Assembly: GCA_013239625.1 (NCBI GenBank)
Contig: MU057354.1
Span: forward strand, 28,239,880-28,303,879
Source of the DNA: Lama guanicoe
Lineage: Eukaryota
DNA: 64,000 bases
Direction of reading: 5' to 3'
The notes under the pieces were generated by a model, which saw only the letters and a program-made list of their open reading frames with translations, was not told the DNA's origin and did not search any database. The first letter of the stretch is position 1. Every line of letters starts with the position of its first letter. Positions 1-10,429 of this stretch are shown here, in pieces. Position numbers and translations under genes: made by a program.

Positions 1-1199
1 GATGGTAACCTTACCTTGAAAGGGTCGGTAGTGGTGCAACAAAGCAGTAAGTATGAAAGAACTTTTCAATGTGATTTTGTTTGAAAATAAGATGATTCTT
101 CTTAACTTTTATTTTTGCTTTAATTTGAGTTTATTTCTTGGAGGAAGATTGGTAGGTTTCCTTCTTTCTATTTTTCAAGGGCTCACTATTTCACCTTTAA
201 TGCATATCTGGACAATGCTGCTTTTTATTGTAGGTAAAGTGTATATCAAAGTGTTTATATCCAGAAACAAGTATAAATAAGTATTTTACTTCTTCACAGA
301 ATCAGGCAGGAATAATTTATTTTTTAATCAGCACTGGGTCTGACCTGAGCTAGGTCACTTTAGGCCCCTCAGCTGCGTACAATAAATAGGTGATACCCAT
401 AAATTCATCTTGGTGATTGCCATTTTAAAGATGACCACCAATGCCACTGAAAGTGGGAATACAGGCCTCCAATCAAGCGCCGAAGCTGAGAAGCAAAGTA
501 GACTTTCATATCGTCAAAATATCCAAGTTAATTAGAGGAAGAGCATTATAAAAACAGAGTCTCAGAAAATCAATTTAAAGGAAAGCTGTAAAAAAAAAAA
601 ACCTAACCTCTGGGGTGACGTTGGAAATCTTATTGCTCATGTGGTGCCCATCACCACCCCAGGCACGGTTGAAACAAATCTCAGTATCTCCTGTGCAAGG
701 AGTACACTTTTTCCAAGATACGTAAAGTTTAAATCCTCCTGCATTTTATGTCATCTTTTAGGATTTCCCCCTCTTAGGCTCCATCTACTCCACCCCCATC
801 ACCATCGCAACACATATCTCAAAGCGGTGGAAGCCTTATCCGGGAAGACAGGAGTGAGATGCAATTGTACTCGGATTCCCAAATGGGAGATATTTTTCTT
901 TGGGGCTTTCTTATCATGATGTTTTCATCTAACAGGTACATTTTGATGCCATTTGCACTGGGAAAATGTACAATTCTGGTATGTTTGATTTATGATTTGG
1001 GAATGCTGGATATTGGAGGCAATAAATAAACTAAGCAATATCCTTAGAGCCAAGATGTTGACCATCCTTTGTTTACCGCAGTGCCCCGCCGTTAGCAGAT
1101 ATAATATACTCCAGATGCTCACCTTTTTCTTACTTCTTTCTCTATTTATTCAGCTTCTTATTTTAGACAAGCTACTCAGAGGACCTTTTCTCTTTCCTC

Positions 1200-1950
1200 G
1201 GCTGATTATTCAAGGTTCTGTCGCAGGCTCTCCTCTCCCTCCATGATCTCATCTCATCTCTATGCTACAATTACACGTTGTACAAGCCAGTGACTCTCAG
1301 AGTTACATCATTAGTCTACACTCTCTTATGAGCTGTAGTCCACATACCTAAATATTCCTCCGCCAAATCTCTCCTTTCACTGTTAACCACTTCAGTCAAT
1401 GAATGGCGTTATGTTTCTCCCAGGTGCCCAAGACAGAACCCTGAGCATTTTTCTCAACACCTTTTTCTCTGTCACCTCTGCATATAATCACCAGGTTTGC
1501 CAGTTCTACCTCCTATATATCTCTCAAATTAGTCCACATATCTCCCTCCTCAACAGCCACTGCCATTTATCAAGTCCCCATCAATTTTTGTCTAGATCAT
1601 TTCAAAGCCTCTACATCACACTCTGCCTACAATTTTACCACCCCTCTAAGTGATCCCCCATAAAGCCATCACAGTGGTCTTTTAACACTATAAATCCAGT
1701 CACGTCAGTTTCCTGGTTAAAATGCTTCAATGGTTTTTCAATAGACTTAAGGTTAAAATTGAAACTCATTAGCATGACATTCTCCAAGATCTGGTCCTTG
1801 TAGCCTATCCAGCCCCATGTCTAACTATTCTCCACCACTCACCTTGTCCTGCCCATAGAACAAATTCTGTTTTGCAATTCTAGGACACTGTCCCACTCTC
1901 AGTCACTTCCCTTTCTTGCACAAACTTTTCCCACTGCCTAGAATGTTCTT
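1200..1950 (+). mobile_element. L2 (LINE-2) 3' region, left part, split by an L1
   Basis: Pyrimidine-rich L2-like motifs (ccaggtgcccaagacagaaccctgagc; cacgtcagtttcctggttaaaatgcttcaatgg; cccactgcctagaatgttctt). Confidence 0.75.
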
Positions 1951-2779
1951 CTTTTCATTGAAGTGTAGCCAGTTTACAACGTTGTGTTCGTTTCTGGTGT
2001 ACAGCACAGTGATTCACCTATACATATGCTTTTTCATTATAGGCCATTACAAGGTATTGAATATAGTTCCCTGTGCTATACAGTAGGACCTTGTTCTTAT
2101 CTATTCTGTATGTAGTAGTTAGTATCTGCAAATCTTGAACTCCCAATTTATCCCTTCCTACCCTCACTCCCCCGGCAACCATGTTTGTTTTCTGTGTCTG
2201 TGAGTCTCTTTCTGTTTTGTAAATAAGTTCATTTCTTTCATTTTTTTAGATTCCACACATAAATAATATCATATGGTATTTTTCTTTCTCTTTCTGGCTT
2301 ACTTCACTTAGTATGACAATCTCCAGGTCTGTCCATGTTGCTTCAAATTGCATTATTTTATTTTTTATGGCTGAGTAGTATTCCATTATGTATATATACC
2401 AACTTTTTTATCCAATCATCTGTCAATGGACATTTAGTTTGCTTCCTTGTCTTGGCTATTGTAAATAGTGCTGCTATGAACATTGGGGGGGTGTTTTTTT
2501 GAATTAGAGTTTCCTCCAGATATATGCACAGGAGTGGGATTGCTGGATCATATGGTAAGTCTATTTTCAGTTTTTAAAGGAACCTCCATACTGTTCCTTA
2601 TAATGGCTACACCAAACTATATTCCCACCAACAGTGTAGGAGAGTTCCCCTTTCTCCACAGCCTCTCCAGCATTGATCATTTGTGGATTTTTGAATGATG
2701 GTCATTCTGACTAGTGTGAGGTGATACCCCATTGTAGGTTTTAAATTTCATTTCTCCAATAATTAGCGATATTGCACAT
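1951..2779 (-). mobile_element. 5'-truncated artiodactyl/camelid-type L1 3' end with 12-bp TSD
   Basis: L1 3'UTR and ORF2 end in antisense (tttagattccacacataaataatatcatatggtattt; cattctgactagtgtgaggtgatacc). TAGAATGTTCTT at 1939-1950 and 2780-2791. Confidence 0.92.
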
Positions 2780-2791
2780 TAGAATGTTCTT

Positions 2792-3165
2792 GATCTCTTT
2801 CGTTGCTTGTTTATCCTCTACCTGTCATTAACAATGCTGTTCAGATGTCACTTCCTCTGGAAAGTTGAATTCCTGGATTATGAAGCTCCACAATCGCATC
2901 TCAGTGCTCACCAATTTCAGAATTTGTTAAGAACAGAATGCCTGTGCCAGGCAGTGTGGGCTAAGAGCTAAAGGTACACAAAGAAGAAGGTACACCTCTT
3001 TCACGAAGCCCTTGGTCTAGGCTAGCTCCTTTGCACACACTGCAGTGTTCATTTACATCCTCTTTCTTTATAGTCTGAGCTTTTTAAGGCCAGGAAATTT
3101 CAGTCTTCAGTGCCTATCACAGTATCTGGTACTCTCCGTGTGCTCGATACACGTGTGAATGAATC
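2792..3165 (+). mobile_element. L2 3' end, continuing the element at 1200-1950
   Basis: cagatgtcacttcctctggaaag, then cagtgcctatcacagtatctggtac...gtgaatgaat, the typical L2 terminus. Confidence 0.65.
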
Positions 3166-4394
3166 ACTTCAGCTTTTCCCATGTGTGGAAGATGATTTAT
3201 GGGCCTTAAAAATCTGTGTAGCATTTAAAAGATAAGCATACTTATCTCCAAGTGAGCAGAGTTACTATCTGCATACTTGTGGTAAAAGTCCTTCCTGACA
3301 TGCTACTCTCTCCCATCTCCTCACCTCTGCTCACATTTTGGCAGGAGCCCACGCTGTGTTGGGGCATTATTTATGAAATGCCTCCTTTCAGTACATGCCA
3401 TGGCTGAGTGGCATGAAAGCCCCAACTTTTCCATTAAATCAGGTCCTTATCTCTGACAGAATACTCAACTTGGTTTTCTTATTTTGCATTTCAGTTGCTT
3501 TAATAGACATCCTAGAGCGTTTCTTATTAATCCCCCGCTGGAGCGCCATGACAGCTGTAAACCATTAGTTACCAGGCTTGCCGGGGGCCTGCAAAGCACT
3601 GTGCCATGATCGGATGATTCATCCTATTCATGCAACAACCATAATTCTGAATTTCTGATGGGTTCTTAATAGGGATGGTCGAGGAAGAATGTATTCCAGA
3701 GCTACTAAAATCCATTTTTCCTCCCAATCAATGCCAGAATGAATTGGAGAAAGCATTTTTTTTTCACTCTTAACAACCAAAAAGAAAAGAAAATCCATCC
3801 TTCTTGCCTGATGAGGTAAATTGGAGATAGTTTCTGGACACGTTTTGCAGGAAACAGCTCTCCAAAATGCATGTCTATCATTAGCTGCATGCATTGTCTG
3901 TACATGGAAAAAGGAGAAGTGAGTTGGGCGATGTCCATGCACGCCCCATAAATGGCTCCCAGCTGTTTCTATGCTGTTCTCTCCTCTCACTAAGGGGGTG
4001 CATGTTGTGCTTGTACTTATGCAATAGTGTCCCCGAGATTCTGGGGTCTCGTCTAAAAGGACAGTGTTCCCAAAGGATCTCTGAAGACTAAAGCAAAGAT
4101 TGAACACTTCATTGCTATAATCAGCTTTAGAAATTAAAAAGGAGATTCAAGAAGAAAAAACAAAATACATTTTTCATACATTATCTCAGTCAATAGTAGC
4201 TACTCAAATAATTGATTAAATATGAAATAGAGAAAAATACTGTTCCCACAGAACTTTGTATGCGCATCAATTCTTAATTCCCTCTCCTTTGATTCCCCTT
4301 TTATAGGATGCTGAAATGAAAGGAAATATTCTTACACAAGATGACAGTTACTGTGGTACTACACTTGATTACTAAATTTCCCAAGAATACTTTA

Positions 4395-4620
4395 TCATTC
4401 ATAAATTGATTCACTAACTTCTTAAGTGATTACTCTGTGACAGATACTTTGGTGCTGAGAACCCAAAAGTGCTAAAAATAGATCTCTTCTATGTCTTCAA
4501 TTAACTTTTAACGTAGAATTAGAGACTAGCATTAAACGCCTTTTCATGTGAATAAAAATGGTTATAATTTGTGATAAAGGGACTGAAGTAAAGAGTAGAA
4601 TGTAAGGACATGAATTATTA
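4395..4620 (-). mobile_element. L2 3' fragment
   Basis: attcactaacttcttaagtgattactctgtgacagatactttggtgctgaga resembles the antisense L2 end. Confidence 0.5.
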
Positions 4621-5004
4621 AGCAGTCATCTCTTTTGCATCTCCGACCGCCGCTCAGATGTGTAAGCAATGCTCCCAGAAATGGCGAGCTAACAATTTCA
4701 GAGCAGCCTACTGCTTTGCATGAGTCGAGGTGCATTGGTGTGTTGGCCAGGAACTAGCTGGGGGAGCACCCTGCTCTCTGACAGCAGGTGATGCCCCCTG
4801 CCCTGGCCCAGAACAGGCTATGATAGGCCACTGCCTGGCAAGGTCTGTCAAAAGAAAATTAGATGTTTGTTGCAAGACAGGAAGGCTTGAAACTTCCGAG
4901 ACTGCTTCCAGACTGCCCACAGTAACAAAAATAGCACCATTTATATATCCTGTACCAGTTCCCAGCCCATCCATACACATTATGCAGCTTGAACTTCACA
5001 TCCA

Positions 5005-5165
5005 CCCAGGGAAGCACAATTTAATACTTTCATTTACAAGGAAATCAAGGCCCAGAAAGGATACATGACTTGCCTGAGGTCATGCAGTTTATACATTATG
5101 GTTCTGGGCTTGAGACTTAGCTCTCCTGAACCCCAAAACAGGAACTCTTTTCTACCATATCACAG
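5005..5165 (-). mobile_element. MIR SINE
   Basis: ggaaatcaaggcccagaaagg...tgacttgcctgaggtcatgcag, MIR core in antisense. Confidence 0.75.
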
Positions 5166-5639
5166 TCTTCACCCCTCCAGGGCATTCATCACTCCAATTC
5201 CTGGGATGGTTGTGTAGATCCCCATTTTAGTTGCCATCTGATTTTTGAGCACCTCAAGAACAATTCCAGTCTTTCTGGAACTCACCTGTGGTGAGCAGAG
5301 TGGGAGCCATGTGAAACAGATGTTACAAATGTGTCTTTTAGAAGGAGAGGGAAAGTTAAATGGTCAGTATCACCATCCTTATGAGATAAACATCCAGGCA
5401 ACCAAGAACTAGAAACTGACAAATAGGATCTTGGATGAAAAATCTATAAGGAGCAATATGTTGAGTAAGTGAAAGAGATGAGGAATCTTTTTATTAAGCA
5501 TGCAGGTCACTGTCCTACTGGCAGATCTCATTTTAGAAAATTAGCAATTAGTTTAAACACTTCAGGAAGTGAGATTATTGTAGTGATGTAAAAAATAAAC
5601 TCCCAGAGAAAGTCATACTCTTTTGAGAAAAGAAGCAGC

Positions 5640-5669
5640 TTTTGTTTTGTTTTGTTTTGTTTTGTTTTG
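5640..5669. repeat. (TTTTG)6 microsatellite
   Basis: Read directly. Confidence 0.95.
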
Positions 5670-6001
5670 GTAGCTCATACAAGGACCAAAGCTGAGATAT
5701 TAAAGCAACAGTCACAGCTGGCTTCTGCTCCTGCCTAACGGGGGACAGAAAGAAAGGCTTTTTGCTAGACCCAAGAAAAGCTGCTTACCAGCAAGTGTGC
5801 TTTACCTTAAAATATCCCAGGGCAGCTGGGCTCAGCATTTTTTTTTCCTTTCTGGCTTTGCATCAAGTGTACAGATCCATAGTTTCTCTAAGGAAGAGAG
5901 GTAGTGCTCAAATCAAACCAGTATGCAGTTACGGACTCAGTCTGAAATGCTACAGAGTCTAGGAAGCAAGGTGATCTTGGAAAAGCAGAAATTTGTATTT
6001 T

Positions 6002-7755
6002 NNNNNNNNNNNNNNNNNNNNNNNNNNNNNNNNNNNNNNNNNNNNNNNNNNNNNNNNNNNNNNNNNNNNNNNNNNNNNNNNNNNNNNNNNNNNNNNNNNN
6101 NNNNNNNNNNNNNNNNNNNNNNNNNNNNNNNNNNNNNNNNNNNNNNNNNNNNNNNNNNNNNNNNNNNNNNNNNNNNNNNNNNNNNNNNNNNNNNNNNNNN
6201 NNNNNNNNNNNNNNNNNNNNNNNNNNNNNNNNNNNNNNNNNNNNNNNNNNNNNNNNNNACTTCTTTCCATAAATCATGAATGTCTTGATGGGATCTAAAA
6301 TNNNNNNNNNNNNNNNNNNNNNNNNNNNNNNNNNNNNNNNNNNNNNNNNNNNNNNNNNNNNNNNNNNNNNNNNNNNNNNNNNNNNNNNNNNNNNNNNNNN
6401 NNNNNNNNNNNNNNNNNNNNNNNNNNNNNNNNNNNNNNNNNNNNNNTTGCGTTAGGAGACATGAAAACATTCATCTTATTGTAGATCTCCATCAGAGCTC
6501 TTGGTTGACCAAGTGCATTGTCAGCAACCGATAATATTTTGAAAGGGATATTTTTTTTCTAAGCAGTAGGTCTCCAAAGTAGGTTTAAATTACTCACTAA
6601 ACCATGTCATAAACAGACTTGTTATCCAGATTTGTTGTTCCACTTATGGAACACAGAAAGAGTAGATTTAGCCTAATTCTCAAGAGCCTTAGGATTTTCT
6701 GAATGGAAAATGAGTATTGGCTTCAAATTTAAGTCACCAGCAGCATCAGCCTCTCACAGAAGACTCAGGCTGTTCTTTGAAGCCAGGTTTTGACTTGTCC
6801 TCTCTAGCTATGAAAGTCCTAGGTGACATCTTCTAACAGGAGGTTGTTTGGTCTACATTGAGTACCTGTTTACTGTAGCCACCTTCGTNNNNNNNNNNNN
6901 NNNNNNNNNNNNNNNNNNNNNNNNNNNNNNNNNNNNNNNNNNNNNNNNNNNNNNNNNNNNNNNNNNNNNNNNNNNNNNNNNNNNNNNNNNNNNNNNNNNN
7001 NNNNNNNNNNNNNNNNNNNNNNNNNNTTTCCCTGCAGTTTCCTCACCTCCCTCAGCCTTCAGAGAACAGAAGGGAGTTAGGGCCTTGCTCTGGATTAGGC
7101 TTTGCTTAGGGGATGTTGTGACTGGTTTGATCTTCAATCCAGACCATTAACACTTTCTCCATATCAGCAGCAAGGCTGCTCTGCTTTCTNNNNNNNNNNN
7201 NNNNNNNNNNNNNNNNNNNNNNNNNNNNNNNNNNNNNNNNNNNNNNNNNNNNNNNNNNNNNNNNNNNNNNNNNNNNNNNNNNNNNNNNNNNNNNNNNNNN
7301 NNNNNNNNNNNNNNNNNNNNNNNNNNNNNNNNNNNNNNNNNNNNNNNNNNNNNNNNNNNNNNNNNNNNNNNNNNNNNNNNNNNNNTTAACACTTAGAGCT
7401 TATTGCAGGGTTATTAACTGGGCTAATTTCAATAGCATTGTGTTTCATAAAGAGATGGAAAGAGACTGGGGAACAGTAGATCGGTCAGTGGAATAGTCAG
7501 AAGACACAAAACATTTATCAGTTAAGTTTGCAATCTTACTTTGGATGGGGTTCGTGGTTCCCCAAAATAATGACTGCAGTACCATCANNNNNNNNNNNNN
7601 NNNNNNNNNNNNNNNNNNNNNNNNNNNNNNNNNNNNNNNNNNNNNNNNNNNNNNNNNNNNNNNNNNNNNNNNNNNNNNNNNNNNNNNNNNNNNNNNNNNN
7701 NNNNNNNNNNNNNNNNNNNNNNNNNNNNNNNNNNNNNNNNNNNNNNNNNNNNNNN
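6002..7755. other. Five N-runs (6002-6258, 6302-6446, 6889-7026, 7190-7385, 7588-7755)
   Basis: Read directly; lengths 257, 145, 138, 196 and 168. Confidence 0.97.
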
Positions 7756-7815
7756 AAAACATGCAGTGTCTGTGAAGAGCAGTAAAGAGGAGCTCAATTA
7801 ACTGAGTTCTGCCTG
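6259..7815 (-). mobile_element. Tigger1 (TcMar-Tigger) DNA transposon with decayed transposase, partly N-masked
   Basis: Antisense peptide [24 protein letters not shown] matches Tigger1/TIGD1-like [24 protein letters not shown]. The 5' terminus ...gagttctgcctg at 7815 matches the reverse complement of CAGGCATACCTC. May extend into the N-run at 6002-6258. Confidence 0.9.
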
Positions 7816-8113
7816 AATTTGGAGATGGGATCTTTAAAAGTGTAACTGAGGTTAACTGAGGTCATTACGGTGGGCCCTAATTCAGTATGACTGATGTCTC
7901 CATCATAAGAGGAAATCAGGCAGGAAAGACCGAGTGAAGACACAGGGAGGAAAAGGCTATCTCCAAGCCAAGAAGAGAGGCCTCAGGAAGAACCAGTCAT
8001 GACCACAGTTTGATCTTGGACTCCTGATCTCCAGAATCATGAGGAAATAAATTTCTGCTGGGTCCCACCCAACCTGTGGTACCTTGTTACTGCGGCCCTA
8101 GCAAACTAATACA
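7816..8113 (+). mobile_element. MLT1B/C-type MaLR LTR, 5' end missing
   Basis: gaggtcattacggtgggccctaattc; ccaagccaagaagagaggcctcagg; aataaatttctg; gccctagcaaactaataca terminus. Confidence 0.88.
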
Positions 8114-8839
8114 GATGAGGCTAAGAAGGCACGTGAGAGACTGATTAGGGAGGTCCTTCTATGCCATGTTTAGGAGTTTATGCTCTTATTCGGAAGACAA
8201 TGGGGAGCTACCAAAAGATTTAAATCCAGAAGAGAGATAATAAAATTCAGGCTTTAGCAATGTTTAACCTTTGTACTCAGTCATTCTATTTCTATCCCCA
8301 TCTAGTTCTTTCATGATGAAAGCAAATGGGGCTGAGGGGAAATGGAAAGAATTATTCAGTGACTGGTTCCTAATCTAATCAGGCTTTAGGCTGTATTTTC
8401 TGACAATCCCAACTCTGCCTTGTCCTTGTTTTCAACTTTTTTTTTTTTTTCCCTAGAGTAATCCCTGAGTCCACAATTCAGACTCTTCTTCCAGGACATG
8501 ATTGATGCCTGACTCACCAAATCTCATCCCTACTCATAACCCAGCACGACATTTAGGGAATAGTGCAAAGACTTCAAAATAATTACAAAATGAAGTATTT
8601 GTAATAGAGGCCCAATATTGAGCCTATACTGGGATTCCCACTCATCTAGGCATAGCTGCAGACGTGGGTGATGCCTGTGCAGTGTCAAGGGGAATGAATC
8701 ACCTGGAAGCACTGGTCTCTGCCATCAATCTCTAGTCCACCCCTGTGGATGTGTGCCAGGATAGTGAAAGGGGAAACTGAAGAGATTGGTTTCCTGGGGT
8801 TCTAGTGAGAGGTCAAGGGGCTGCATGGGATGGGGTGGT

Positions 8840-8956
8840 CAGGAAGTAGGTAGACCATGGAAGAAGAGCCTATAAATACAGGAAGCATCCTCCCCTCCCG
8901 CTCTCACTTGTGGGCCCACCCATGACACTCAGGGTAGAGATGGAACAGGGGTAAGT
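8840..8956 (+). promoter_or_regulatory. Candidate TATA promoter with short first exon
   Basis: CAGGAAGT (ETS) at 8840, TATAAATA at 8871, Inr-like TCACTT at 8904, GG|GTAAGT donor at 8950/8951. Motif evidence only. Confidence 0.25.
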
Positions 8957-9670
8957 CATATGGGGCAGGTTACCAAGAGCCAATAAGCTAGCAAGGCCCA
9001 GGGAAACTCGGCGTTACCAGGTCAAGGGATTTCTCAGGTAATCATTGAGTGTCATTCATCAGTTTCCACTTCTGTTCCATCCCTGTTCCTTGTTTAGTGT
9101 GTCAGTGCTCAGGTGGCATGTCACATATTAAACTATTTCTTCTTCAGCTTCTGGGAGAAAATAAGACATGTGGTAAGCCTGGCTTTTACCCTCTCTGTAT
9201 AACATGACTTCCTCATACATTTACTCCTTAACTTTTCTGCCTGTATAAAATGGTTTGGTGATTAATAATGGCTTTATTTATAAAATTATGACAGAGTGGG
9301 AACAAGGTGCTGCTATTTCCTCATAAAAAATTATCTTTGTGACATTTGGTATTATCCCAGTCAAAGAAGGCAGTGAAGATTCACTGCTGTGCTCAGAGAC
9401 ACTTGCTCAGAATACTCAACAGACATGATAAATTGAGTAGAGTGGGCTCTTTTTTTAATAGTTGAGGAGACAGTGGATAGTGAGTTGGGAAGAAATTTCT
9501 TAAAGCTAAAAATATAGAGGCCTAATATCGTCTCCAAGTTATAAGCATTTAACTCATCTTCTTAGCTTCCTGTAGCTGCATCCACCATGGATCCCATCCA
9601 TGGGCTTCAGACCACCATACTGCCTGTATCCCGATACATTTTGGCTCTGCTCAATGAGCCTCACTAATAA

Positions 9671-10141
9671 TGTAGCCGATTCTATTTTCCAGAAATGGCC
9701 GTGGCAATATCTCCAGCCTCACATGTTTTAGAAACTTGCTGCCCTTCACCCAGAGGTAGAGTCTATTCCCTTTGCTCTTGAAACCAGGACAGCCTTTATG
9801 GGATAAATGGAATGCAGTGGGCGTAGTCATCCCTCGGTATCTGTGGGAGATTGTTTCCAGGACCCCCGTGGATACCAAACTCTGTGGATGGCACAGTATT
9901 TTCCCTTGTATAAGATGGCATAGTATTTTCATATAACCCACACATATCCTCTCTGTACTTTACATCACCTCTACGTTACTCATAATACTTACTACATTGT
10001 AAATGCTATGTAAATAGTAGCTAGCATGAGAAAAATTCAAGTTTTGCTTCTTGGGATTTTCTGGAATATTTTTAATTTTAAATTTTAAAACAGCCATCAC
10101 TGTTTTAGGGTGGCTACTCTGCAGCAACAGTAACTAGAACA
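9671..10141 (+). mobile_element. MLT1G/H-type MaLR LTR remnant, interrupted by MER2
   Basis: 5' tgtagccgattctattttccagaaatggcc...agaggtagagtctattccc; 3' ttttagggtggctactctgcagcaacagtaactagaaca. Confidence 0.7.
9824..10075 (+). mobile_element. MER2/MER2B (TcMar-Tigger MITE), 3' end lost
   Basis: agtcatccctcggtatctgtgggagattgtttccaggacccccgtggataccaaa matches the MER2 5' end. Confidence 0.85.
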
Positions 10142-10257
10142 AATGGGCTTACTGCCAACAAGATGTGGTTTCCATTGTACTAGGGGTGAGTATTCAGTGT
10201 TCTTGTATTGAGGACATGGAGGTGCAGTATTTTGCAGTTACCTTTGAGGCTAAAATT

Positions 10258-10422
10258 ATACAGTAGGAAAGAGCACAGGCTTTGGGAGCAGAAGAACCTA
10301 CGTTCAGATCCCAGTCCTGCCACCTCCTACCAGCTGAGTGACTTCTGACTGGTTAGCAAACCTCACTGTAAGAAGGGGACTTCTTTACTCACCTCGCTAA
10401 GCTGTTGTGGGACTAACTGAGA
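10258..10422 (+). mobile_element. MIR SINE
   Basis: aaagagcacaggctttgggagcagaagaacctacgttcagatcccagtcctgccacc...agctgagtgact. Confidence 0.8.
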
Positions 10423-10429
10423 GCCTTTC

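Noticed and set aside
1-300. Splice-donor-like motifs on both strands (GTAAGT at 47; AG|GTAAGG antisense near 15) and the 75-aa ORF
   Set aside because: No recognisable peptide in any frame, and the antisense frames contain stops. An exon cut by the window edge cannot be excluded but is unsupported.
3628-4107. 159-aa minus-strand ORF
   Set aside because: No domain-like motif and no splice context; consistent with a chance ORF.
4357-4369. TACTACACTTGAT, complementary to the U2 snRNA branch-pairing region
   Set aside because: Only 13 nt and the flanks do not extend the match; expected by chance.
5888-7797. Long X-containing ORFs
   Set aside because: Artefacts of translating N-runs.
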